DNA of 64,000 nt from Ptychomitrium polyphyllum (Eukaryota), in the NCBI GenBank assembly GCA_973851085.1, contig OZ316775.1, positions 8,680,001 to 8,744,000 on the forward strand, in the 5' to 3' direction. Of this stretch, positions 1-15,750 are shown one piece after another. The notes under the pieces are model-generated. The model was not told where the DNA came from. It made no database searches and saw only the letters and a program-made list of their open reading frames with translations. Each line of letters opens with the position of its first letter. The stretch's first letter is position 1. The translations under genes were made by a program, and so were the position numbers.

Positions 1-2839
<2,839 letters not shown>

Positions 2840-3283
2840 GGTGGTGTATTTGTGCACAGTGGCAGAAGGCCTTAGCTAGGGAGCCACTCCTCAGTCCTCA
2901 GCTGGGTGAGCCACTTGGAAATGTAGCGATGCCGCATGTGTCGTCGCCATGCCTATCCTGCGCTTACTTTGTGGCAACTGGGGTACCACAGCTCCTTCAT
3001 GCGAACCTTCAACCTTCGCTCGGACTCACACTCCGCACTCTCAGTTGCTCTCCGTTCCACTTTGGACGACCAGTTCCATGTGAACAACTGCATGTCTGCC
3101 TGCGCAAAACCGTCGCTGCTCCTAAAATGGGCCTGATTTATCTACGGTAGGCGTAAACTTCAGATTCTGAAATGTTCGAAGGAGCCTAGATTCTATTGCT
3201 TTGCTGTAGAGTATGTGTCTTGTAAGGGTCTTCTTGGACATTCCAGTATATATTCTAATGCTTTGCTGTAGTTACAATGCTTT

Positions 3284-4022
3284 GTGAAATTTGTGTCTGA
3301 TAAAAGTTTTGTCACCGTCGTTCTATGCCTTTTTACAGACTTCTATAAAAGCTTTACATTTTGGAGGAAAAAAACTAAAATGGTCCTATTGGTAGGCTTC
3401 AGTGGCTCTGGAAAGACTGCACTCTTTTTCCAGTTAAAAGATGGCACACCTCACCAAGGGACAGTTACATCGATGGCACCTAACAAAGACACATTCATAT
3501 TACGTCCAACGTCAACCCTAAAGAAGAATGAAACAAAACCTCTTCTCATTTTAGACATCCCAGGATATATCTTGGACATTCCAGGAAACATATTCAACAC
3601 TCCAGGACACATCTTACTTGCGACTTATTTGTGTGAGGTTTTGCCAAAGTGTAGTTGCCTAATCTTTGTGGTAGAGGCATCTGACCTCATGCCCAATGTT
3701 CAAGCTGTCGCAGAGTACTTGTATGACATACTTACAAATAAAGAAGTGGTGAGGAAGAATATTCCATTATCGTTGACATGCAACAAAACGGACAAAATAA
3801 ATGCTCATTCTTCTAACTTCATCAGAGGCCAGTTGGAGGAAGAAACTAAGAAGTACTAAATCATCTGTTTATTTGGGAATGGAAGGCAAGGAACCTTTCA
3901 ACTTCACCCAATGTAGCAACAAAATCAGAATTGCTGAAGTATCGGCTCGTAGAGGACAGGTGGAGCAAGTGAAGCAATTAATTTGGGAGCATGCATATGA
4001 ATACCTCTACTCTTGGCAGTAA
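3284..4022 (+). pseudogene. SRPRB: Signal recognition particle receptor beta subunit (SR-beta) GTPase, intronless, frameshifted
   Basis: P-loop GFSGSGKT, HQGTVTSM, VAEYLYDILT, G4 CNKTD. The frame stops at 3859 (QLEEETKKY*) while the SR-beta C-terminus (KLRS..LGMEGKEPFNFTQCSNKIRIAEVS..QLIWEH) continues in another frame to 4022. Confidence 0.8.
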
Positions 4023-4499
4023 CAAAAATCCACATGACACACTTTGAAGTGAATTACACATTTTTCAAACTCAAGCTTTAGCAAAGTTCTTTTAAAAGGC
4101 TACCCTATTGGCTTTAAATGTTGTATAGTGTTATTTTGAAAAAGGAGATGTATAATAATTTTAATTCTTCCAGTAAGGGTTAGAAGAAACGAGTGTTTGA
4201 TTTATATACCCTTATTAGAATTCCAGCTGGGTTCTTCTCAACATTTTATGCATTTCATGTACAGACATACGTAAATTTGTCAATAGTTTTATCAAATAGT
4301 AATGAGAAGCCGGTTCGATACACATTTCCTTTCTCTTAGTCAATGGTGTGTATTTCCATCGATACAAAATTGCTTCTGCTACCTATTCGAATCCTTACAT
4401 GCTCAGTTTATTTGCTTGCTCCTTTTGCAAAATTGTGTTTCCAATCCTATGATGAGATCTTCAAACTTTCAGAAACATCTGTTTAAACATGAATCCATA

Positions 4500-6013
4500 C
4501 TAATCGCAGGTGTATGCCGGCGTCACATAAGTAACGAAGCAAATAGCAGCAAGAACTGAGCCAAAGTTTTTAGTCACATCTGCCTCTTGGATCGTGAATT
4601 CTTCCTCAAAACATTCATAGTCGTTTTCATCAAAACGTCTTTTGAAAATCTCAGTTAAGTCTTTCTTCAATATTGTTTTAGCCATAGCCACAGTAGCATG
4701 GCCCTCATACTCTGCCGCATATCCCCCAATGTGGAACTTGTCCTTCTTCCTACGGATCTGCCAATATACGAATAACGATCATTAATTCGCAACAGATGAA
4801 CGAACAGGTCATCCACTACATAATCAAACATAGTTTCAGAAGCTGGAATACAGAAAAAAATATTAATTCGCATCATTAGGTTGGTCATCAAATCTTTCAA
4901 GAGGAGAGGTTTCGCATGTTCTAACATAACACATATTTTAGGTGAAAGACTGTAATCTACAAACTTCCACACTCAGAATAGAGGCCAGGCAACGAGGTAA
5001 GGCCATCAAGCTACCTGAATCCTCCCAACTCCGGCAGTGATTCTGTCACCCTTGACACCATGCATAAGTGCCATTATCGATTCCTGTACTGCTCCATGTC
5101 GTAAGAATGGCCTTGCATCCTCCATTGAAACAGGCTCGGATTCTGGTGGAATGACGGATGTGTACTTTACAATATTGAGGTCTTGGATACCTGCAAGCAA
5201 GAGGTGAAATGCTCAGAGGCACCGTTCTTCTTCCAGTCTCCGAAACCATGCCATGTAAGTAGTTCGTGTCATTCATTTAAATAAACAAGTCAATATTTTT
5301 ACATAAGTGAAAAGGAAACACCTCTAAGCCAAATCTCCAAACACACATGTGAAATTCTTATGCGCACACAAAGAAAACTCTCAACGACTTGAGCTGGACA
5401 TAGAGATCGAACATACATTTACGAAAAATTTAATATACCAGACTTTCAAGAAACAGGCAGTGCTCCGAACAGCCTGATGAGCATCCCAAAAGAGCGGAAA
5501 TTTGCATACAAATTGAAAGTCACATTCCTTTACTCCAATGGTTAATATTAGGTCAACGAGATGGTGAGATGAATCACCGGCATCTTCCAGGGCCAGGTCG
5601 TACGAGCCCGTCTCCCAAGGATCCGATCCATCGCCTTGATCCGTCTCTCCAAAACCCTTCACCATGAAATAGTGCTTGGGAATACGGGAGCCAAACAAGA
5701 CGCCATGGCCGCCACGAACCAGCTCCTCCATCTTCAACCCCGTCAATTCGCCACCCGTTTCCAACCAATTCAACCCAAACTTCGGTGGCAGCTCGGGCCT
5801 GCCGTCACCATCCCGGTGATGCTCCACTCCACTGTCCCTTTTCTTTGAACGGGCAGCATGAACTACAAGTCTAAAAGCCTTGGAAACCCCCGCAGTTCGG
5901 CTTGATAGCTTTCCTGCTAGAGAGCGAACCTCGACATTTTGCGATGCGGACAAAGAAGAACAAGCCGGCGACAGGATCCATGGACTGCGTAATGCGTCAG
6001 TAGCGAGAGCCAT
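4500..6013 (-). CDS. Pyruvoyl-dependent arginine decarboxylase (PvlArgDC; AaxB/PdaD family) with N-terminal transit-peptide-like extension, 289 aa
   Basis: Exons 6013-5578, 5190-5015, 4757-4500 (GT-AG, in frame, 870 nt). Motifs SYDLALEDAGIQDLNIVKYT/SVIP (self-cleavage site), HGAVQESIMA, IGGYAAEY, FGSVLAAICF. Confidence 0.9.
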
Positions 6014-6449
6014 AACTGCTTCGAGAATGTCACCAACTCAGAGACTGCAGAACCTGACTAAGTCAATGCTACACAACTTAGCCCTGATCGTCTTCAATCT
6101 TTTCAATGTGATGCCAGACAGTTCAAGACTGGAGTGAGAACTTTCACGAAACTCACTCTCACAAATACATCAAGACTGCTCTCCCTTAAATCCTAGAAGC
6201 ACACTGATTACAGCAGTACTATCATGCACAGTGACGACTAAAATCTAGTGAAAGACGAAACTCAAAATCATGTCCAACCTCAGAAACAGGGACCAAAAAC
6301 AGCCGAGCGAGGTGCAATCATCATATCTAACACAACCTCTCATTTCACGTAGAAACAGCACTTAGCGATTCCTTGATGACTTGCTAGTAACTTATATCAT
6401 TATTCTGATCCTGCCTGCCGGAGTACGACGCCGTTCCAAGGATTTGGTT

Positions 6450-7270
6450 CCCACTGTACACAGCAGAATTATGGGTTGCACACCCACAACCATCCCTGCA
6501 CCCAATTCCAACATTATGCTTCCGTAGACCTTGACCATTTAAATATACAGAAATTATAGATAATTGTGGAATTGGGTACCATGCCGACTTTGGAAGTCGA
6601 CCGCATTTCCACCTCGGAAGGGTTTCAGACAACGCTTCGCATATCCACAATCTGCATGGCGTGAGTCGACATTGCGCGTAGTGGCTGAGGTCTAATCAAA
6701 ACTCTCCATGTGACATGCCCGCTGGCAATATTAACATGATTGCAGGAGGGGCGACTGAAAATATGACACGTGGAGTATACACGACTGCAGTTCGTCGACC
6801 CGAGGCTGCTTTTAAGTCTGCATACGGATCGCCTGGGGCAGTCCTCTGCATTTGAATTGATATAGATACCAGTATATGGTGGTCTTGTGAGATCCGGCTC
6901 AAATCGTGACACATATCTTCCCAGACGCATTCACCAGCTAGCTTATGGAACCCACATTGAGTTTACATGCTCCATTCCCCAAGCCGTTACTGTAGAACGG
7001 CGGGAAATTCAAAAAAGTGTGAATTAAAGAGTTTCCGATACCCTGTTAAACCGTCACTTTACTTAAACTGAAAATCATCTATGAAGAACATAGACTCTAT
7101 GTTCTGAATTATGTTCTGAAATGTTCTGAATTGTACAGATACACACGGTCTTGGGGTGAAGCCACGGATTTGGATATGCGCTACTTAAGTGTTACTCCGG
7201 TTGAGGTCCGCGAAATACCGCTGTGATACCCGCAAATACGCCTGTGGTGACGCGCACGCCAAGTGGAGGA
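6450..7270. promoter_or_regulatory. Divergent promoter region between the PvlArgDC gene and the scramblase gene
   Basis: Lies between two head-to-head genes. G-box CACGTG ~6767, DRE/CRT core GCCGAC ~6583, GATACCC motifs ~7037 and ~7226, short palindrome plus (ATGTTCTGAA)x3 at ~7085-7132. Confidence 0.5.
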
Positions 7271-8348
7271 AGGTGAAGTGTGTGTGTGGAGCGAGAAATG
7301 CTTGCACACAAGGTTGGAATTTCCATTTGCGTGACTTCTTTCGGGCCTGGAGGCTGTTAACTTCTCCAGGGTTCGCGATTCTGCAGTAATTTGTGTTGCA
7401 GCTCTTGATTGTTTCGTCATGGTTTTGATAGTTAGTTTGAGAGAGGATACGAACTGATCATGGGGAGAAGTTTAATGTTGTATACCGGAGACTTTAGAGA
7501 GGTTTGGTTCTGCGAGTATTTGGAGTTTTTGATCACGTTGCGGTATTTATGAGAAGAGCGGTGTAGCATTAGATTGAGCGTTTAGCATTGAATTTGACGT
7601 TCCGTGGTGTAGCAGAGTGCTGGTTTGAGCGGAGTTTTGTGGAGTGGCGGTGGCATTTGGCCTCCTTGGATCGAGTTGGAGTGATCCGGAGCGATGGTGC
7701 GCGGCCAGCGTTTGGCATTGCAGCTGGTATATCCTTCGTTTGCTGTGCTCTTTGTGCATACTGACGTGCTTGATTTCTGTCCGCTTAGAGGAATTTTTGT
7801 TCGTATGCTTTCAAGAATCGCGTGATGCTGGAAATTTTTATTAGTGGACTTTAGCCCTAGGAGCTTGTCTTGTTGGATGTTAATCTTTCTGGTTCTCTGC
7901 ACATTGATTTCACCTGTATGTGTGATCGTGATCAGAGAACGGTTGTGGATAGCGTTCGTTTGAACTCGTTAGTTTTTCTGCACTTTGAATCTCATTCGTT
8001 GACTCCTCGAGCATTAGTGTGATTACTTGATATGAAACTGTACATGAGTTTGTGGAAACAGGTTGGAAGAGGCTCTTCATCATGTAGAAGAGGTTTAGGA
8101 TTTTTTGACTCCAGTGGAGAGCTCCCGTTCAGCGAAGCCAAACATCTGGTTGCTCAGAGCATTGCAACCTCATCTGAAGCCGCTCATGAGAACAGCTCAT
8201 CTAGTAGGATTTCAAAGCTATTATGCAAGAATGGCGACAGCGAAGTTTTTGGAACTTTCAGCAAATCAGAAAGTAAACGCATCTACCCTGAGGAGTCAAT
8301 TGCAAGACAGAAACCCTGAAACAATAAGCCCCAGATAGAAGGAAAACT

Positions 8349-11300
8349 ATGAAACTCCTTGTAAGACAGTCGGTGGTTTCTAATAAGCGTCTATACTTGG
8401 ATCATTCAGGGCATCAATTGCTAGGGTTTCTGAAACGTGACATATCCTCTTCTGCTACGAAGGTTTCTGGTGAGCAGAAGGAAGGTCTTGTTTCTCGATC
8501 AGATGAAGATCTTGGCAGACAGGGGCAGCCTCCAACTAGCCAACCACTCGAAGGAAATTTGATGCCGACATCAGAAGAAGAAGTAAGCAGGTTTTTATAA
8601 ATCTTTGTGTTTTTTTAAAGTTTATGTTTTTCTAGATATGCTCCTTTCTCTTCCTTCAATCTGGGGCTTATTGTTTTAGAATTTCGGATATATTCTTAGA
8701 GTCAATTGTTGCCATGATGATGTTGGTGGGATTTTAGTGATGATTCATAAGCTTAAATATGTACTCGTAGCCTGAATTGGAGGATTAGTATGCTTTTGAT
8801 TATTTTGCTGGTCGAATGGATGTCTGTTGCTTGACTTTGACATTGTAAGGGAAATCACTTTCAATACCATTCGTGCTGCTGAGTCTGTACAGTCGAGATT
8901 CTGGTGATTGATTACTATTTTGCTTATTATTTTTACAAGATGCATTTATATATCAATTATTATGTTGAACAATTCTGTAGAAGAAGGTAGCCCCTGTTTT
9001 AGCAAGGTCAGACTTGCTAATAACTCGCAATGTGGAGTGGGCGAACCTTGCTCTTGGATTTGAGCAGGTAGGCTGACACTTACCGTATTTATTGGACAAT
9101 TGCATTATGCTTTTTATTTTATGTGTTTATGGGAGTCTTGACGTTTGAGTTTCTATGATAAGAGATGAATAACCCGTGTAGATACATGAAATTTTTGTCA
9201 TACATTGATCGTGTGCAGCAAAATAAATACGTCATTATGGATCCCCATCAGCCTCAATCAGTGAGTTGCCTATCACTTCCGGAATGAACTGTGCGGGATT
9301 ATAATTTGTGTTACTTTGTTTTCATTCTTAATGCCTTCTTGTTTGAGGACTCTATGCCTTTTTGTCTGCTTCTTTGTCTACGGTGATGCTTTTTTGCATT
9401 GTGCGCACATGGTAAAACTCGGGCAGTGTTTGACATAGCTTCTATTATATGGAACAACTGTTGTATCTTTGCACCGTAAACGGTTACTTTTATTTGAAGT
9501 TTTTGTAGCTGATTTTACATGTGTTGGCTTTGTGATTCTCAGCCAGTGGGATATGTAGTCGAAGAGAGCAACATGTTCCTACGACAGGCGTGTGGTTTCA
9601 ATCTTTACTTCATTACTTCGTAAAGTTTTATAATTCACTGTCAGAAGAGTTTTGATGACTTACATTGTGCTTAAATATTTACACTTGAACTAATCAACTT
9701 CTTAGAATGTTCTCCTGGCTCCAGATGTCTCGCATGTACTGCTAGTTCTGTTATGGTACTAGGTAGAAAGGATGTTTTTCTATCTTCTGCATTAACTGAT
9801 CTCAAGCTGAAATTAATTATTCTCACAGTTCATGAGGACCAGGCGGCCTTTTGAAGTATCGGTGTTAGATGCCAATGGTGAAGAAGTGTGTCGGGTAAAC
9901 ATCATTTGCACAAAAAAAAACCTTGTTATTGGGGTTGAAGGAGAATGGAAGATACAGCCATGTGTTGTTTCAATGACCAAGAACCAATAATTATTGAAAT
10001 TTGAGCATTGTCCCGTGTCCAGTAAAGAGTAGTGGGCACAGTGTTTGCATTGTCTTTTTTATTGGAGTATATCGCATGTATGCCAAGGCGGGATTTACCT
10101 CTCATATGCTTTTCATGACTCGCGGGAGTGTTCAGGTGCGAAGACCAGCGTTTCTCATAAACAGCTCAATGTTCATTGAGATCAATGGCAAGGTAATTAT
10201 ATTGTCATCTATGAAAACTTGAGTGGATGCGACATGTAGATACTATGTTGAATGGACCCTATTGAGCGTGCTTAATTATGCAAGGTTTGTTCTTATAACG
10301 TCTTCTTTTCAATCTGTGAATAGGTTGTTGGCGAATGCCATGGAAGATGGCATCTTTGGAAGCGTATATATGATGTCTACATTGGGTAATAAATTTTCAC
10401 GGTTCCTGAACTATTAACATTGTTGTTCATGTGAATTATTGGGAAGACATCCTCACTTGATAGAGAAGTTAATGGAGGCACATGGCATCTCAGAATGTAG
10501 CGCTTCTGCAGTTTTTTATTTGAATTTAATGAAGAGGAATGAATAAAAGATTCACTCCGAACGCAAAAGTTCAGTCTACAATAAAAAAAATTGTCAGGAA
10601 CCAGAGTTTGAAAGGAAGTTGATTTGTCTCTTTCTACTCTCTTTCGCAGAAACAAGCAGTTTGCAACAGTGGAGAACCCTGGTCTTTGGAACTGGACTTT
10701 CGCTCTAACGGATGAGAGTGGAGGAGTTCTTGCAGAAATCGACCGCAATTGGCGTGGCTTTGGATTTGAGGTGATTTTGATTCTGGCGTAGTAATGATTA
10801 TGTTCTTAAATTAGAAAGGCTATTTTGATTTGTTGAATTTGAACAACAGGATCGACAGGAAATCATCCACTTCGACACTTGACTTTGATACTTGACTTAT
10901 CTGTTATTAGTAGCTGATATTGTGCTTAACCTCTGTATGCAGTTTCTGACTGATGCTGGACAATACGCGGTTAGGTTTGGGGATGTCTTACCAAAGGGAG
11001 GCATCCACCATGACACTCCAATATCAGAGGAGGGAGTAGAGAGGAAGCCATTTCTGCTATCAAAGAATGAGACAACAGGTGGCGCGGAAATGCAACAACT
11101 GCAAGAGGCTGCTGACAAGGTTCACAACCAATCGCTGAAATGGACTGATATGTACTGTCGTTATTGCTTTAGTCTCTATCTTGTTCTTGTCAATGTCAAT
11201 GATGTGTACCCTTGCTATGACTGACCTCTTTATGATGCATTACATTTTCTTTAGTTAGTATTCGTTTTACAAAGTTCTTGTATGAATATGAGTGTTGGAC

Positions 11301-12643
11301 TAATGCAGTCAGATTGAGTTCGTATATTTAAATTTCCTAATATTTGAATCATCTGATTTAGATTTTATCTTCCTTATTCAGTCTTTGCAAGCATCATAAG
11401 GATAAAATTTTGCACAGGGATTCCCTCAAATGTGATCATTAGTTTGCAATGTTGCATGTGCGTGTCTCAGGTCGATGCATTGGCCGTGGCTAGACCATTG
11501 AGCTTGGTAGAGCGAGCAGTGGCTTTAGCACTGGCAGTATCTCTCGACAACGATTATTTTTCACGACATAGTGGACATGGGTATGCACTTGTATTCCCCA
11601 CACATGTACTTGTTCATTGTTCTGATCCAAGTTTTTGAGCACGCTGCGTACTCCTTTTTCTAGACAATGAGACTTTTTGAGTTCTTGGATTATCAAGAAG
11701 ATTGTAACCTCCTTCTTCACGGTGGACCTTCCGATGTGTTTCTTTTCGTGAGCGCTTGGCTTCATGTACTCAATCATACTTCATGCTAAGAAAAACCTCT
11801 TCTGCGCTTCAGTATACAGTTTTTAGTAGGCAATTTCGAACAAGTCGCTGGATACTATTGTGTGTGAAGGGTTTATTACACCCTTCCCTGATGTCTGGTA
11901 TTTGCTAACCACTTGTTTTCATGCATTGACATGGCAGGGTTGGGATGCCCCTTCCATATCCTTTCTACACCTCCGAAGCAGTTACCGCTGAGGAGTCTCC
12001 AGCAGAATCATCAAATGCTGGTATGTACTGATGTTCTGTAATAGATACGTCGACTTTAAAGAATCAACCGCTGAGAGTCTTAATTCACATTATCTTTTAA
12101 TCTCTGGTAGCTGTCAGCATTTATTACGATACTTTTTTCAATGTGTGGTGTGCAATTGTTGTTTTATTTTGTGGCTTGTGTTCAATTGTCTTACTTTCTT
12201 CAAGGTAGTCCAAATATGTTTTCATACGTATGCTGCTTTATTTGAGTCTAAAACATGTATGTATGGCATTGAGGGTTTTTGCACTTGTGATGTCTTTATT
12301 TTGGTTATGTGCAGAAAATGAAACAGGGCATGAAGTTTTTCCTCGCCAAGGTTTCCAAGGTTTGCAATCTGAAAATACAGCAGGAGATGGAGAGGTATCC
12401 AGTGGCACAAAGGATGATGATCCTTTCCATGGCATGTTTGATGAGCCTCGTGGCAGTGACCAGGACAACCACCCACCTGCCTCTGACTCTGATAGTAAAT
12501 GGGGAGGAGTTTTTGACGACACACCTGTCCCCCATGACTCTGATAGTAAATGGGGGAAATTTTTTGATGACACACCTGGCACTGACTCTGGCTCTGGTAG
12601 TGGCTGGGGACTAGGTGACTGGGGAATAGGAGATGATTCTTAG
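8349..12643 (+). CDS. Phospholipid scramblase-family protein (AIM25-like, probably mitochondrial)
   Basis: Exons 8349-8582, 8981-9067, 9219-9260, 9543-9587, 9829-9894, 10136-10192, 10324-10385, 10650-10770, 10943-11119, 11471-11580, 11938-12020, 12315-12643. Motifs LLITRNVEWANLALGFEQ, RTRRPF, WHLWKRIYDVY, FLTDAGQYAVRFG, ERAVALALAVSLDNDYFSRH. Start codon less certain. Confidence 0.9.
12484..12578 (+). repeat. 51-nt-period coding tandem duplication (DSDSKWGxxFDDTP x2)
   Basis: Two near-identical copies starting at 12484 and 12535. Confidence 0.9.
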
Positions 12644-13899
12644 AGATTGGATCTTGGCAGTGGTGATATCAACCCGTTTGCAATTTTGGACAGAGAATCA
12701 GTATATGGAGTGGTTAAGCGTGTACAAAGCACACACAGACTGTTGCAAAGAAAACATTAGGTTGAATGAGATTTTCAGGGGGTTATTCAGACTATCCCAA
12801 GGTTCCACGATTAGATATTAAGTCTCAATGAGTCCAACTACTACTTTCATTACTCAACAATCACAATAAGTTTTTGTCACTAAGTCTATGTGGAGACTAC
12901 AATGTGGGACTAGGGCAGTGCCATATGAAGTGAAAATGTGGTTATGCCATTACCCTTTTGTGCTTTGCTCTTCATGTGGATCACTGCCATGCCATCCTAG
13001 GTAGAGAATCATCTAGAGATCTTTGGTTTTGCAGTAAATCTCCAATAAGTTACAACATGGAGGAGAGCCAAGCAAAAAAACTGGACATGCCATTATGCTC
13101 TAATTGACCATTTTGGAGAGGGAGAGGTGGAGTGTCATGCCAGCATGAGCAACTTTGCCAGAAATTCATGGTTACAGCTACAGTGAGCAAATTGCCCAAA
13201 TGCAAAATTGCATCAGTGCATACAGTGGCAGGTCAGAAGTGCTGCATGGCCATGCACATTACACTTTCACACAATACAAACCTGCCTTCAGCTTTTGCTA
13301 AGTTACATTTCTCACAAGGCATTTGGCAGAAAATATTTACTTGTTTGGCTTCCCTAGTAGGACGTTCAGTATATTGCAACCTGGTTGGGAGTAACTTGCT
13401 GGCTCTTGTTGGGAATGAGGCCCAGTCACCATTCCAGGATGATTGCATCTGAACAGTAAAGAAGTCAACTCAGGAAATCTTCAAAGTGTGTGTGATATGA
13501 TATGATCAAACATGCAGAAAGGCATCACCACATGTAATGTCAGCATCAGGGCTCTGAGGGGTAATATTGTCCTCAGTGCATGTTTCATGATGACATCTGC
13601 ATTCCAACCAACTCACATCAATCTAATGTTGATGGAAACAAGTCCCTAGAGTGAGCAAGCTGGGTCACACTGGGCATGCTCATATGGACTTTCTGTATAA
13701 TACTGCTGCTTTGAAATACAGTGTACACTTCTGCAAGTACTCCTCGCCTCTTCTAGGATTATCTGACAAATATTAACTAACACATTTAGGAGGAGTGGTT
13801 ACCTTATTCAAACTTGCATCAAAAAGAGCCAACTTCAGTTCAACTTCATTGTAAAATGTACATACTCATGCACCAACAAGGAAAGACCGCAATAGCATT

Positions 13900-15750
13900 T
13901 TTAAAGTCCATGCAAAGTGGGCGTGGATATCGATATACATTAGAAATTGATAAAATAATATTAACAACACAACCTTAATTTCATCCCTTGTAAGACAAAT
14001 TCACAAAAAAATTCATGGAAATGGTATATGTGTTTGTGCCATTTTTTGGATTTTGATTTTTTTTAGATAGTTCTTATTTTTGTAAATTACAAATAGTATA
14101 AATTTTCTTTTGAAATGTATTTTATGTGAATTTAAATGAGAAAGATATTTTGGTTTCTATGCAATGACTCATTAATTGTTTTTATCAAACATGTTTAGGA
14201 TCCAATTGTCTTTGTGATCTAATTTTTATATGTGTGTGTATACAAAAGCATATGACATAATTTTCTATGATATAAACATTTAAAACTAACACAATAAAAT
14301 TTACTACATATGCATCAAATCAATATGTAATCTTATAATTTTAGTTACTTTTTAATTCTATTAAATTTTAAATTTTGTTTCAATGGAAAAATAATAAAAA
14401 TTTAAGAACTTTTGAAATAACCTGTTGCTCTATTCATAAAAATAGTTAATGTCCTTGTATACAAATATATTTACTGTTTAGATTTTTTTCATGTGTTATT
14501 TTATATTTTAGAAATTTAATACATGCATTATGATTGTCAAAAACAATGTTTGTAATTAATGGCTGCCTATAAAATATTGTTGCAACAACTTGTTAAAATT
14601 TGAAAACAATTAAATAATGAATTTTTTTTGTTTACAATTAAAAATTTGTCTCATACATTGTATTTGTTAAAATTAAAATTTTGTTAAATAAAATGATGTT
14701 TTTCATGGATATTTGTAGAACAAAAATAGTCCTTGTGCTTGTAAAATGGATTTGTTTTAATTGATGTTTTAAGACATGTATTGAAGTTTCTTTATATAAA
14801 AACAATAGTAATGAATATATATTAAAAATAAACACTTTAGACATATGAATCTTACTCATGTTTAGAAACATCAACTAAAAACTAGGCAAAAATCTTATTT
14901 TTGTTCAAATTTTTTACTAGCAAGAAATATGTCAACTAGATGAAAAGACTATAAATGAATAGCAAATGAAGAGAGAATAGAGTTCTTCCATAGATTTGTT
15001 AGATAAAAAATGCAAACAATAATGTATGAATTTGCATATCACTTAAAAGGCTTATTTTCCTAATTTATATAACAAATATAATAGCCATAAATTCATTGTA
15101 AAATGGATGGAAATTCAATTTTGTCAATTCATTTCAGATTTTGGACTGATATACAAAAGTAATAGTTGTTGGAGTAATTTGTTGTAGAAGAAATATCCTT
15201 AAATTAATACTAGTCTCTTTTGTAAAATTTTGTTTTCTTTAGAATATTACTAGATTTCACTATTTAAATGAAATCCATTGTTCATCTAAAAATCCTTATG
15301 TGCAAAGCCAATGCAAACATTTGTACTTGAAATGATATAAGCAAGCCACAAATAACTTTTTGTATCCATCTTTTTGCTTTTTAAATTTGTCAAATTTTGC
15401 TTAGAGTATTTGTATGATTTATACTCCATTTCAAATGATCTTATGCCAACATTATAAAATAAGTTTGTTCAAATTTGAAAACCAAAGAGAGTACCTTGTG
15501 ATTTGGAGCTTCAAATGTGGAATCTCAACTACAAATGCAATTGAAATGTAAGTTCTTATTGATGCCAAAAAAGAGTTGTGTTTATAAAAGGATTGGTTTC
15601 CAAGTAAAAACTGGGTATTATCAAAAGAATACCTACAATGATTTGGGAAAACAAATGGCACATTACAGTATGTCCGTAAGTCCATAAATGATGACAGATC
15701 CATTTAGTAATTGCTGATTATGATTTTTGTAATGTAGAACTTGATAGTGA
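13900..15750. other. AT-rich, CG-depleted island (possible decayed mobile DNA)
   Basis: Abrupt compositional shift, almost no CG dinucleotides, no recognisable ORF. Confidence 0.55.
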
